Part shown: in pieces, positions 31,240 through 41,228 of the stretch | Layout: each line of letters opens with the position of its first letter | Numbering within the stretch: position 1 is the first letter of the stretch | The notes under the pieces: model-generated | Told to the model about the DNA's origin: nothing | Database searches by the model: none | Seen by the model: only the letters and a program-made list of their open reading frames with translations | Position numbers and translations under genes: made by a program | Source: a virus | Taxonomy: Duplodnaviria; Caudoviricetes | Virus record (IMG/VR): IMGVR_UViG_3300021400_001327 | Coordinates: 1 to 64,000 of that record | Strand: one strand, 5' to 3' | DNA length: 64,000 nt

Positions 31240-32688
31240 TCAAGGTGTAACCGCAGGCTCTTCTGCTTCTTCGGCAGGCGGCTCAACTGTCGGGTCTTCG
31301 TTGTTGCCAGACCCACCGCCGGTTGTGGGCTCTTCGACCACAGCGGGCTCTTCATTGCCGCCAGACTCGCCGCCAGTAGCGGGCTCAACGGCTGGCTCCT
31401 CCTCCTGTTGCCACCCAGGTGTGCCAATCAATGTTCTGATGAGCGCGATCTCATCGGTCGATGGGACATTGTCTGCCTTACCAGACACTGTCTTCAGCGC
31501 CGCCAGTTCGCTGATAGACAGGTACGCGTCTCTGAAAGTGCTCTCTCCGCTGACGGGGTCTTCTTCCTCCCAGCCAATCTTGATACCGGCAGCCTGTCCG
31601 ATGTTGATATAGGGATAGTTGTTCCCGTCTGCGCCGTCCTGAATCAACGTCGTGTTGATGACGAGCGTCTTGTTTTTCTGGGTGTTCGGTATTTCAACGC
31701 CTGCCGTTTGTAATTTGCCAGCCAGCATCTCATTGCCGCTCCAGTCCAGTGTGCGTGCATTGGCTCTCGTCGTCGGGCCATTACCGCGGCCGACGATTTC
31801 AATGTAATCGCCCCTCGCCGTGTTCGCCGCGCTCGATCCGTCTTCGGCATTATACTCACCGAACACATGCTGGCTCTTGTGATTCGCGATAGTTCCGTAA
31901 CCCTCGGCGTGAGAATAATTGCCGGACGCCGTCGTACTGCCGCCCTCCGCATGGCTGGCCATAGCCGAGGCTGTTGCGTTGTTTGTTCCTTCAGCGTGAG
32001 CATAATTGCCAGTAGCCCTGGTTGTGCCGCCTTCGGCGTGGCTACCAGTACCAGTCGCCTGAGTAGAGGCGCCCTCAGCGTGGCTGTTTTCGCCAGTTGC
32101 CTGCGTTGAGCCGCCCTCAGCATGGCTCCCGTCGCTGGTTGCAAGTGTTGCTGATCCCTCCGCGTGGCTCGACTCAGCCGATGCCTCAGACAAACGCCCC
32201 TCTGCATGACTCGCATAGCCAGAAGCCGTCGTGCTCATTCCTTCTGCGTGACTATACGCGCCCGTCGCGGTGTTTCCGCCTGACGTATTGCCGTAATAGC
32301 CCTCGACATGAGAGCCAGAGCCACTCCCGACATCATACGTCGACATTGTGACAGCCAAGACCTGGCTGGCCAAGAATGAATATGTGCCAGTACCGCTCCT
32401 GTCAGGAGCTCTCCAGCGATACAGCGTGTTGTCACAGATAAACAGTTCGCCGTGCTTAATCGGTAAGTTGACCACGCCGCCGGTCGTTACGCGATTGGCG
32501 GGTACGAAATACGAGCCAAGATCACCGGTCTCTGTCTGTAGGTCGGTGATAGCGGCCTCGGCGCTTGTCGTTCTTGTTTGCAGGTCAGAGACGGCGGTGT
32601 CGCTGGCCGCGATGCCATCTTCCATCCTGTTGAGGTCGGCAGAGGTGATTTTATTCGCCTTCGCCCACGTCTTTTTATTGTATGACAT
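31240..32688 (-). CDS. HAEG-repeat fibre protein, paralogue 3
   Basis: N-terminal YNKKTW...ITSADLNRMEDGI anchor; HAEG repeats; acidic Pro/Glu-rich tail. Confidence 0.75.
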   Translation of the reverse strand: MSYNKKTWAKANKITSADLNRMEDGIAASDTAVSDLQTRTTSAEAAITDLQTETGDLGSYFVPANRVTTGGVVNLPIKHGELFICDNTLYRWRAPDRSGTGTYSFLASQVLAVTMSTYDVGSGSGSHVEGYYGNTSGGNTATGAYSHAEGMSTTASGYASHAEGRLSEASAESSHAEGSATLATSDGSHAEGGSTQATGENSHAEGASTQATGTGSHAEGGTTRATGNYAHAEGTNNATASAMASHAEGGSTTASGNYSHAEGYGTIANHKSQHVFGEYNAEDGSSAANTARGDYIEIVGRGNGPTTRANARTLDWSGNEMLAGKLQTAGVEIPNTQKNKTLVINTTLIQDGADGNNYPYINIGQAAGIKIGWEEEDPVSGESTFRDAYLSISELAALKTVSGKADNVPSTDEIALIRTLIGTPGWQQEEEPAVEPATGGESGGNEEPAVVEEPTTGGGSGNNEDPTVEPPAEEAEEPAVTP

Positions 32689-32698
32689 ACGATCACTC

Positions 32699-33904
32699 CT
32701 ATTCAGTTAATATTGAAACATCAGCGATAGCGAAGTCTGCCATCGGCGCGGGAGCGATTTCGCCATGATGTCCGTCCCACGTCACATCCCTCGAAAACCT
32801 GATGTAATTTCTGCTGCCGATTTTCATCGAATCCCTGAACGTTTCCGACCGCGTGACCTTGGCCGCGATCAGGTCGTCCGCCATATTGATGAACGCATTC
32901 TCGGCGATGCCGGTGATTTGTCCGTTGCCCTCGTTCTCGATATAGTCCTCGACGCCGAGCTTCAGGTATTGGTTGCCCCTGATATCCATCGTATTGATGG
33001 CCGCGATGGTGCCCTCTCTCGCAAACAGTGTGTCTACATCGATGTTTGCCGCGATCAGCTGTCTGATAATAGCACTGTCCGCGAAGATATCTTGCACGTT
33101 TAGCGTCCTCGCCGTGATACTGTTCTCGATCATCTTGACGTCGCCGTTAATGGTCTGGTCGGCGATTTTCCCGCCGGTGACTGCGAGGTCGTCGATATCA
33201 CTGGTGACAACATGTTTCTTCGTCGCAATGACTTTAGGGTTATCCCGGTCTGATTTTGGGTCGATACCAATAGAGTAGAACGCGCCGTCTGGCCCCTTGA
33301 CCATAAGCTCGCCGACAGACAGTGACACCATATTGGCTTCTGTAACGGCAAGGTCGGCCACATAAAGTTTTCCGTTGACGCCCTTGTGGATGATGCTGTT
33401 CTCGGCCACAAGGTCCTTCACGTTCGCCCATGTAATGTTCGCCCAGTCGATTTGCGTTGATCCGATTTTAGCGTTCGCGATTCGGGCGTCCGCAATATTG
33501 GCGGCATGTGCGTCGAGTTGGTCGACCTGCGCATAGTTGATAGTAGCATTTTCTATTTCTGCCTTCGCGATTCTGGCGACCTCGGCAGTCAGGTCTGTGA
33601 TTTGCGCCTTGTCTATTTGGGCGCTCCTGATAATCAGACCGACGTTCTCATCAAACCTGACGATTTGACTGATATCGATATTACTGTTAGCAATAGCGCT
33701 GACAATCACCTGATTGAGTCCGATGACGTCGCCTGCGTTCACGCTCGCCGCCATGCCGACGTTGATTTCGCCGCTGATTTGCGACGCGTCGATGGTGGCG
33801 TTCGATATCATGCTCTTCACGTTCGGGCTAATAATCTTCATACAGGTGGAGACGATTTGTTGGGCCAGCGCCTGTACGACGTCGCTGTAATTATCTGCCG
33901 CCAT
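32699..33904 (-). CDS. Minor tail protein
   Basis: A.I..A.I pentapeptide-like repeats, VGELMVKG.DG.FY, IGSRNYI motifs. Confidence 0.65.
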   Translation of the reverse strand: MAADNYSDVVQALAQQIVSTCMKIISPNVKSMISNATIDASQISGEINVGMAASVNAGDVIGLNQVIVSAIANSNIDISQIVRFDENVGLIIRSAQIDKAQITDLTAEVARIAKAEIENATINYAQVDQLDAHAANIADARIANAKIGSTQIDWANITWANVKDLVAENSIIHKGVNGKLYVADLAVTEANMVSLSVGELMVKGPDGAFYSIGIDPKSDRDNPKVIATKKHVVTSDIDDLAVTGGKIADQTINGDVKMIENSITARTLNVQDIFADSAIIRQLIAANIDVDTLFAREGTIAAINTMDIRGNQYLKLGVEDYIENEGNGQITGIAENAFINMADDLIAAKVTRSETFRDSMKIGSRNYIRFSRDVTWDGHHGEIAPAPMADFAIADVSILTE

Positions 33905-34448
33905 GCTCCATCGCCTCCGTCATTGCCCTGATATCGTACCGCTCGTTGACCTTTAGTAACCGCGTCGGTATCTTGTAGCCCATAAGTCTCGCGTCATCAT
34001 GGTTGATAGACTTTTTGTTTAGCGCATCGGTGTAGGTGATAAAGGCTGCGATGGGTATACACCACGTCTCTGCCGCGTTCCTGAAGTTGATGACAATACT
34101 TGGGTAAACACCCTTGAAGACCGCCGCCTCCTGCAATTCCTTTATCTGATGCTTCTTGATTTCAAAAGTGTGCTTTTTTCCGTCGTGCTCGAAGTCCTCG
34201 CGCCAAAACGTGATAGACATAGCTGTTGACTTGAGCTCGACGCAGTGCAGACCTGTTCCCGTATATATCAAACAGTCGAACGGGTTGGTCGGCGAATACT
34301 TGGATGCGCCGCCAGTCCACCCGACGGCTGGGTCTTTCAGTCTCAAATAATAGAAGTCGTCGGGGACGGACTTCTTGAAGTTCTGTTCAAATACTTTGCC
34401 TGTATTCACACAAGCCCATCTCCTCTCATGCGAAAAGGAGGACTGCAT
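33891..34448 (-). CDS. recU: Holliday junction resolvase, RecU-like (likely start GTG ~34409)
   Basis: NTGKVFEQNFKKS, NPFDCLIY, VELKST, IKKHQIKEL. Confidence 0.8.
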   Translation of the reverse strand: MQSSFSHERRWACVNTGKVFEQNFKKSVPDDFYYLRLKDPAVGWTGGASKYSPTNPFDCLIYTGTGLHCVELKSTAMSITFWREDFEHDGKKHTFEIKKHQIKELQEAAVFKGVYPSIVINFRNAAETWCIPIAAFITYTDALNKKSINHDDARLMGYKIPTRLLKVNERYDIRAMTEAMEHGGR

Positions 34449-34497
34449 TAGAACAGTCCTCCTCAGATATATCTTCCGTTACATCAGAGGGGTCCTC

Positions 34498-35031
34498 TCA
34501 ATGTCTCTTTTTATGCCTATTGCTTCCGTAATGTTTATAGTTGTCACTCGCGTATCTTTTCGGCTGGGTGTTATTCTCTGTCCTCGCCTCGGTCGTGACC
34601 GACTCGGGCTGTTCCGACTTAACGTCCTTCTCGACGGCGATATAACCACTCGTCACAGGATAACGCGTCTCACCGGTCTCGCCGTCAACAACGGTATATC
34701 CGGCGTCCAGCGCGTTCTGCGACAAGTCGTCCACAACGACAGGAGTAGCCTCTTCCTCTTCCTCTTCTGGCTCGCCGATCAATTCAATAATCAGGTCGTA
34801 GGATGGGGAATCCTTCCATTTGTTGGCCTCAGCCTCTTCAAGGATTATTTTGATCTCATCCTCGGCCAGCATGCCGTTAGAGTATTTCCACAACGCGAAA
34901 TAAACATCATAATGCTCTGCGGTACACGCTACGGTGCGCCACGTCTTTCCAATCTTTTTATCACATGTGTCACACGCGAAATACGGTTTTCCACAAATGC
35001 GGCAAATATGGTTTGGCTCACCGTGTTTCAT
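34498..35031 (-). CDS. Hypothetical protein with an N-terminal CxxC zinc-binding motif
   Basis: CRICGKPYFACDTC...WRTVAC; lies downstream of the tail tube gene. Confidence 0.65.
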   Translation of the reverse strand: MKHGEPNHICRICGKPYFACDTCDKKIGKTWRTVACTAEHYDVYFALWKYSNGMLAEDEIKIILEEAEANKWKDSPSYDLIIELIGEPEEEEEEATPVVVDDLSQNALDAGYTVVDGETGETRYPVTSGYIAVEKDVKSEQPESVTTEARTENNTQPKRYASDNYKHYGSNRHKKRH

Positions 35032-35094
35032 ATCGCAAATCCTCCAGATAAGACCCGCCGCAATGACGATCCATCACGGCGGGAATAATGTCGA

Positions 35095-36292
35095 TTACTG
35101 CTCGGGTACAGTGACGGTGAACAGCTTCTTCTCGTGGTCGCAGTAGTCCTGCATGCAGCGCAGCGTGAAGGGATGCTGACCATCGGTGGTGAAGTCAACG
35201 TCGAACTCAGAGCTCAGCTTCGCAGCCGGGAAGTCGACATAGGCATAGTACTTGGTGGTGATATCGCAGGTGTCGTGGCCGAGGACCTCAAGCAGGAAGC
35301 GGCCAGCATCCGGGAAGTTGATGGCGTCCGCCACAGCCTGCACAGCGCCGTTGCCATCAGTGCCATCGGCGGTGTAGGTGTAGAAGGCCAGCACCTTGGT
35401 GTCCACAGTCACATTGGTGGGCGGGGTGATGGTCTTGGTCGCCGCGTTCACAGAGAACACATTAGCACCGGCAGAAGCCGCAACTTCGTACTTGGTGCCG
35501 AGGGTGCCGTCGGGGTTCACGACGTACAGATAGGGAACTTCCGCACCGGCGGTGCCAATCGGGATATGCTTCAGCTGAACGGTCACGCCGTTCTTGATGG
35601 TGAGCTCTTCGGAGACGGTAACGTCAATGGTAGCATTGGCGGCAGCCGTCTTCTTCTGAGTACCAGACTGAGCGGCCAGCAGGCCAAGGTCAAACAGCGC
35701 GTTGGCGGCGCTGAACTCACACTGCTTATTGCGCTCAACTTTTTGTTGTGCCATGCTCGCTACACATGACAGGCTGATTACTCAGCGCCTTGTACTTTCG
35801 CACAAGAACAGACTATATCTTCTCCCGCTTTGGGAGTGCATTACTTCGACCGTCAATCGCTTACGGTCTACTCCATATAGGATAGTCGTTGAACCTTCCT
35901 GTTTCCAGACTCGGCTGCTGATTGTCCATTGTTTGGCGTTTAGGTTTTACCCATGCGTCATACATACACTTTTTTCTGCTTTCGCTCTATTACGTTTGCG
36001 TTTCTCTCTATCGCTCCGTTTTAGCAGTATGTCTTTAGGATGTCCCAGCAATTCTATGCATCAATTATTACGCCGCTTTCGCGACGCCGACGCTCTGTTG
36101 CGCGTTGGGTTACGCTAACCACGTCATGATCGGTACACCGATAGCGTCAACAGCATCTTCGGAGTCCGCAGTCATGCTGAGGGACGGGTCGGTGATCTGG
36201 GTCAGAGTCCAGAGCAGATCAAAGGTACCCTTCTTGAACATCGTGCCACGGATGGCGCGATCAATAACAAAAGAAGAAATATCAAATGCCAT
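35095..36292 (-). CDS. Major tail (tube) protein, spliced (exons 36292-36121 and 35738-35095; 271 aa)
   Basis: Splicing gives ...DAIGVPIMT-F-ERNKQCEFSAANALFDLGLLAAQSG...; codon usage looks highly expressed; lies after the neck genes. Confidence 0.85.
35739..36120 (-). ncRNA. Group I intron (382 nt, no ORF) in the tail tube gene
   Basis: P AAUUGCUGGGACA, Q AAUCAGCAGCC, R GUUCAACGACUA, S AAGAUAUAGUC; P1 GACGU/GCGUC; U before the 5' splice site and terminal G. Confidence 0.93.
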
Positions 36293-36361
36293 AGTGATTC
36301 ATCCTTTCTATAAATTTGCTAACAAAAAAGCGCCGGTATCCCAGCGCTGTTGTCGCCCTTA

Positions 36362-37141
36362 TCAGGCTTTGCCATCGTACAGGTCTCTCAGCCCGTCCAG
36401 ATACTTCTTCTGTATCTTGTCCGGGTTGAGCTTTCCGGCATAAATGCCGTTGAGCAACAGGTTCGACGAGTTGATCGTGCAGATACGTCTGACGCTGTCA
36501 AAGAACGGGAAGATATGCATGTCGTTCATCTCATTGACGCCGGTCTTGCTTCCTCCGCTGTTCGCGAGGAAGGAAGCCAGCGGCATCAGGGTAGACTTAT
36601 ACGGCTTATCTCTCATCCTTGTCTTCAGCATTCTGTCCTCTTCCACCATGAATCGACGTGTGGTCATATTGCCCGCGAACTCCGGCGTCTTCTTGATGCC
36701 GTGTATCGTCGATACATAGTTGAAGATGTGACTATACAGCCACACATCTATTTTCAGACCGGTGTCCGGGTCATACATACAGTAGGTATCATTGGTCACC
36801 TGCTTGTACCAGCCGAACTTCGTGAAGTCGATATCGCCAAACAGTATGCGTGTGCGCTCGACTGGCTGGCCGACCATGCACTGCTTGAACATCTCAAAGT
36901 CCTGCACGTCGCCCCAGTACACGCCGTTGTCGGCGAGCTCGCACTTCATGTCTGACGGGATGATGGTGACCATGTTCACAAGTCCCCAGTAATCCCGCTC
37001 GCCATAGTTGACGATTTCCCCCACAGTCGGTTGATGAATCGTTATCCGGTCGTTGACTTTATAATCCCGTCCAAAGTACGCGGCTGCATAATCGATAGGT
37101 TCAACGGGCAGTCTATCTGACGAGCGCGTCTCCATAGACAT
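36362..37141 (-). CDS. Conserved morphogenesis protein of SPbeta-like phages
   Basis: Synteny; ITIHQPTVGEIV.YGE..YW motif. Confidence 0.6.
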   Translation of the reverse strand: MSMETRSSDRLPVEPIDYAAAYFGRDYKVNDRITIHQPTVGEIVNYGERDYWGLVNMVTIIPSDMKCELADNGVYWGDVQDFEMFKQCMVGQPVERTRILFGDIDFTKFGWYKQVTNDTYCMYDPDTGLKIDVWLYSHIFNYVSTIHGIKKTPEFAGNMTTRRFMVEEDRMLKTRMRDKPYKSTLMPLASFLANSGGSKTGVNEMNDMHIFPFFDSVRRICTINSSNLLLNGIYAGKLNPDKIQKKYLDGLRDLYDGKA

Positions 37142-37619
37142 TCCATCCCTTTATCCTGTACACCATGTCCTTTGTCCGGTGATCAGATGAGAACACGATT
37201 CTGTACCCCTCCCTCGGCTCACATTTCTGAAAGCCCATATCGGTAGAGTTGTTGATCAGCGCGTCGATGCGCGAGCACAGAAGGTCGCGGCGTATTTGTC
37301 CGCGCCCGTCCTCGTCGATGAAGTTCATATAGTTTTTGTGTACGCTGACATAAATATGAAGATCAAAGTTTCTTGCCGTGGGACTCGTAGCATACTGCTC
37401 GTCGATCTCAATACAGATCATAGCCTTGGCTTCTTTGACCGTTTCATCAATGTAATCATACAGAAATACGTTCTTGCCAATAAGGTCTGCGGCGGGAAGC
37501 TTGTGTCCCTTCTCTCCAGTCAGGAGCTCGACACACATCTCATCCCTCACGATCAGATTAGCAAGCCGTCTCTTAAATTCCGTAAACTCGCTCAGAAAAG
37601 GCATATATCCTCCTGTCAA
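37113..37619 (-). CDS. Putative tail terminator/completion protein
   Basis: Synteny, size and a beta-rich pattern. Confidence 0.5.
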   Translation of the reverse strand: MTGGYMPFLSEFTEFKRRLANLIVRDEMCVELLTGEKGHKLPAADLIGKNVFLYDYIDETVKEAKAMICIEIDEQYATSPTARNFDLHIYVSVHKNYMNFIDEDGRGQIRRDLLCSRIDALINNSTDMGFQKCEPREGYRIVFSSDHRTKDMVYRIKGWNVYGDALVR

Positions 37620-38476
37620 GCCATGTCTATCCAGCCACCGCCATCACTCTCTGGGATATCCTCCGGCGAGTCATAGCCTTGGTTGATACCATGCTTCTCT
37701 ATCCATTTACTGTTATCCGCTATCATGTTTTCGACATCATCTGTCTGTAAAAGCTCGTCCTCAACCGCCATCAGGCGCACCAGCCCATATCCGTCCCAAT
37801 GGTCATTTTCTGTATCGACCTGGGACACCTTCCACGCCGTAGGGTGATAGGTGTTCCTGTCGTGCAGGAAACGGTAGTCATTATCAAAGAGGATAGTCTC
37901 CTCGTTCGCGGGGAAGTAGTACAGCCTCTGGGACGACACGTTGACCATATAGTCGGTCGACCGTTCGCCGGAGTTGTACTGCGTCGCGTTATGTACGACC
38001 ACGGGATAGCGCACGGGCTTGAACGTTTTGAGTGATGTGAAGTTCAGGAAGGAGTTGCAGTAGTACAGGATGCCCTTGCTGTACAGTCGGTTGTCGTCGA
38101 TCAATGAAATAACCAACCACCACCGCCCGTCGATCAGCAGGAGGTCGCCGCACTGTATCATCCCGATGGGTGTCAGTATCTGACGCTCCTTCATCTTGTT
38201 ATAACTGTTCTCCACCTGATCCAGCACCATCGCCCTGATGGCGTGAGGCTCATTGTACGGACTGTTCCCGTATACGTTCACCGTGCGGGCAAAATCTGTG
38301 CTCAGGATACTGTTTTCAAAGGCGTATCGCCAGTCCCTGAACTCATCATTCTCATACCCGCCCAGCACGTCTGCTTCCATTAGATACCATTCTGCGGCCA
38401 TCGGTATCACCTCAGTCCCCGTACCAAGACGTCTTCTGTTTGTTGATAAAGTCCGCCGCCGCGTTTCTGGCCTCAA
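37616..38476 (-). CDS. Putative head closure protein (likely start ~38401)
   Basis: Synteny; GAGGTGA RBS before MAAEW. Confidence 0.55.
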   Translation of the reverse strand: MRPETRRRTLSTNRRRLGTGTEVIPMAAEWYLMEADVLGGYENDEFRDWRYAFENSILSTDFARTVNVYGNSPYNEPHAIRAMVLDQVENSYNKMKERQILTPIGMIQCGDLLLIDGRWWLVISLIDDNRLYSKGILYYCNSFLNFTSLKTFKPVRYPVVVHNATQYNSGERSTDYMVNVSSQRLYYFPANEETILFDNDYRFLHDRNTYHPTAWKVSQVDTENDHWDGYGLVRLMAVEDELLQTDDVENMIADNSKWIEKHGINQGYDSPEDIPESDGGGWIDMA

Positions 38477-38810
38477 GAAGCTCGTTGTATGTGTACTTCT
38501 TTGTCTCGCCGTTACCGTTCAGCTTGATGTCGTTTGTGATGATATTGTTGATCTTATTCACACGGCTGAGTTCGCGCTCAACATACATCACCTGCATGAG
38601 CCGCGCCATCGTATGAAGCACCACGTACGGTGTCTCGTCGTCGAAGGCGCCGGTCCTCATATTGAAGTGATTATTACCGATTTCGAGCTCATACTGCGCG
38701 AGCGCCTGATTGAACCACATGTCCTCAAGCCCCTCCGGCAGTTTCGTCCTCTCGCGAATCAGCGTGTGGAATGACTCGATCACATCGGTCTTTGTGAACA
38801 AGATAACCAC
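38412..38810 (-). CDS. Putative head-tail adaptor
   Basis: Synteny; helical ~130-aa protein. Confidence 0.5.
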   Translation of the reverse strand: MVILFTKTDVIESFHTLIRERTKLPEGLEDMWFNQALAQYELEIGNNHFNMRTGAFDDETPYVVLHTMARLMQVMYVERELSRVNKINNIITNDIKLNGNGETKKYTYNELLEARNAAADFINKQKTSWYGD

Positions 38811-38819
38811 CTCTTAAGT

Positions 38820-39272
38820 TTAGTCGAGTCTGGCCGAAGCCATATTCTCAATATACCGAATCTTGGCGTAATCATTCACGCCTTTGCGCTTGATATAGTC
38901 CAGGATTCGATGTACCTCATGCGGGTACCTCAGGAAATCAGCAATGTGCTTCTCGAATGTGGTCTGCGTTTTGTACTCGAAGACCTTATCGAGAAAGGCG
39001 TCGGTCGGTACCTTCTGATCGTCTGGAATCTGAAACTGGTCTCGCAGTTCCTTGTCCTGAATGATGATCCTTGCGTGAGCGCCATGCCCGTCGTAGCCGA
39101 CGAACATCTCATTTTTGTTATAGCACTGCTGCTCGACTTCATCCCTTTCAAGGGAGATGGTCGCCCCGGCGGCGATACCAATATCGCCAGCGTTCAGCAG
39201 GCGCTTGAAATGTACAGGCCACGGTGCCAGATTTGTGACATTAACCCTCGTGGGTTTCTGATTCTCCGCCAT
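38820..39272 (-). CDS. Hypothetical virion-associated protein
   Basis: ORF downstream of the capsid gene, with RBS. Confidence 0.55.
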   Translation of the reverse strand: MAENQKPTRVNVTNLAPWPVHFKRLLNAGDIGIAAGATISLERDEVEQQCYNKNEMFVGYDGHGAHARIIIQDKELRDQFQIPDDQKVPTDAFLDKVFEYKTQTTFEKHIADFLRYPHEVHRILDYIKRKGVNDYAKIRYIENMASARLD

Positions 39273-39558
39273 TTGCTGTTTCCTCCATTACCTTATTTAC
39301 GGCGTGGTCAAGACGGTCGATGTTCTGCATGATGTAACGCAGCTTCTCCACGGGAGCCCATCTCGCCCACTTAAACAAACCCCATTCGACCAGCGCTTTT
39401 GTCAGCGCCTCGCCCTTCACGAACACCCAGTACGGTTTCCCGCTTACCTGATTCTTGCCCTTACTCTCGTAGTCTAGACCACAGGCTTTCAGGAAGTGCA
39501 TCATGACAGCCGAATAACAGTAGAACAGGGTTTCCTCTCTCACATTCTTCGGTTCCAT
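39241..39558 (-). CDS. DUF5659-like protein
   Basis: FYCYS....FL...G..Y...G.N..SGKPYWVF.KGE.L..AL.EW. Confidence 0.65.
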   Translation of the reverse strand: MEPKNVREETLFYCYSAVMMHFLKACGLDYESKGKNQVSGKPYWVFVKGEALTKALVEWGLFKWARWAPVEKLRYIMQNIDRLDHAVNKVMEETANGGESETHEG

Positions 39559-39611
39559 GTTTCATTAAAGGGGCGGGAAGCCCCGCCCCATCCTCCTCAT
39601 TCTATGTCAGA

Positions 39612-40724
39612 TTACAGTGCCATACTCGCAGCAGGAGTGATGCTGGTGTCGTTCAGCATACCAATCTTATACTCCTGGCCCTTGGCAACGTCAGCCGCGA
39701 TGGTCAGGTCGTAGCGGGTCATCAGACGACCGGTGCTCACATCGTTGCCGCTGAAGGAGGTGATGCCGCCGACCGTCCAGGTCGCGATCGGGGAATCGAC
39801 GCCATTCGGCAGGACATACACAATGCCCTCGGGAGACAGGACTTCAAAGTCCGTGCCAGCCGCGTTCATCTTGCCGAAGTCATAAGCCATCGGGATCTCA
39901 CGGATGATAGAGCCGTTGTAGTAGCCCAGCAGGCCGGTGCGACGGATCTCTTCCATCGCGGCGTCACTGATGTTCAGGAAGGGAGTCGCCTGGTTGTTGC
40001 TGTAGGGAGCGAAGTCATTAATCTGGGAGACAGTGGCGTACGCGCCCAGGATGGTGGTCTGACCGAACTTGCGGACAGCCTTCACAACACCGTCGAGACC
40101 GCTCTTGGTGATGCTGGAGTCTTCAGCGAAGTACTTCACGCCGTTCGCGTTCTTGATAGCGTTGTAGACCTTCTTGACGACATAGTCTGTCGCCTTGTTG
40201 ATCATTTCGCTGTGAATGCGCTGGATGGCCGCGTTCTCACGAGTCATGTCGCCCATCGACAGCGTGCGATAGTCCACCTGATAACCGGCGGAGATGTTGA
40301 TGGGCTGCACGAGGTAGCGCTCGGCAGTCGTCACGGGGAAGCGGACAGTGCCGTTCAGAGCCTGCACACGGGCGGTGTCAGTCGACACGCCCCAGACTTC
40401 GCGCTCGACGGTCTCGTTCGCGCCAAGAGACTGATAAGAGCCGAAGATGCTCAGAAGCTGCATTTCCTGCATCGCCACGGGGTTGATGACTTCGCGGCGA
40501 ATCTGGTTGAGTTCAGAGACAGAAGCGATGTCGCCTTCAGCGGCCTTGCTCGCGAGGTTCTTGATGTACTCAACAGCGCGATCGGCGACCTTGCTGTCGG
40601 CATAGCGGGGCAGTTCCCTGCCGTTGACCATCGCGGAGAACACTTCAACCACAGGGGAAGTGCTCTTGATCTTGGGATTCTCAACGTCACGATGGGCGTT
40701 GTTCATTTCAAAAGAGTAATTCAT
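39612..40724 (-). CDS. Major capsid protein
   Basis: 370 aa, strong codon bias, lies after the scaffold and decoration genes; hairpin at 39569-39589 downstream. Confidence 0.8.
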   Translation of the reverse strand: MNYSFEMNNAHRDVENPKIKSTSPVVEVFSAMVNGRELPRYADSKVADRAVEYIKNLASKAAEGDIASVSELNQIRREVINPVAMQEMQLLSIFGSYQSLGANETVEREVWGVSTDTARVQALNGTVRFPVTTAERYLVQPINISAGYQVDYRTLSMGDMTRENAAIQRIHSEMINKATDYVVKKVYNAIKNANGVKYFAEDSSITKSGLDGVVKAVRKFGQTTILGAYATVSQINDFAPYSNNQATPFLNISDAAMEEIRRTGLLGYYNGSIIREIPMAYDFGKMNAAGTDFEVLSPEGIVYVLPNGVDSPIATWTVGGITSFSGNDVSTGRLMTRYDLTIAADVAKGQEYKIGMLNDTSITPAASMAL

Positions 40725-40753
40725 AACTCATTCTCTCCTTTCTTCAGTAATCA

Positions 40754-41203
40754 TCAGTCCGCAGCCTTAACGACCTTGACACGGACGCCGGGGACAGCGC
40801 CGACCATGATCTTGTCGATGACCTTGAAGGTCACGGCGGTAGCCACGCCAGACTTGCTCAGCTTGCCATTGGCGTCAGCCTTCAGGGTGTCGCCAACAGC
40901 GATAGCGGACATGTCGCCAGCGATGTTGGACTTAGTCGCGAGCATTTCGCGGCCATTCCACGCGGCCAGGTCATACAGGTTCAGGGGAGAACCGGCGGGG
41001 ATAACAGCGCCCTCGAGATTCTGGTCATCGCCCAGAAGGTCATTGATGGCCACGTACAGTTCAGTGGCGGAGGCGCTGGGAGCGGCGATAGCGCCATCAT
41101 CGATAGTGCAGATGTACCCGTTCGGGACATCGTTCGCGGCTTTCAGCGTGGGGAAGTTACGAGCGCTATGCTCAATAGACTCGATTTCATGCCATACAAA
41201 CAT
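40754..41203 (-). CDS. Capsid decoration/cement protein
   Basis: 149 aa between scaffold and capsid; strong codon bias. Confidence 0.6.
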   Translation of the reverse strand: MFVWHEIESIEHSARNFPTLKAANDVPNGYICTIDDGAIAAPSASATELYVAINDLLGDDQNLEGAVIPAGSPLNLYDLAAWNGREMLATKSNIAGDMSAIAVGDTLKADANGKLSKSGVATAVTFKVIDKIMVGAVPGVRVKVVKAAD

Positions 41204-41228
41204 ATCGTTTCACCATTCCTTTCGTAGA

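Noticed and set aside
27480-32260. CRISPR-like periodic repeats (42-bp period)
   Set aside because: They are in-frame coding repeats (HAEG) with degenerate third positions. There is no repeat-spacer structure and no cas gene.
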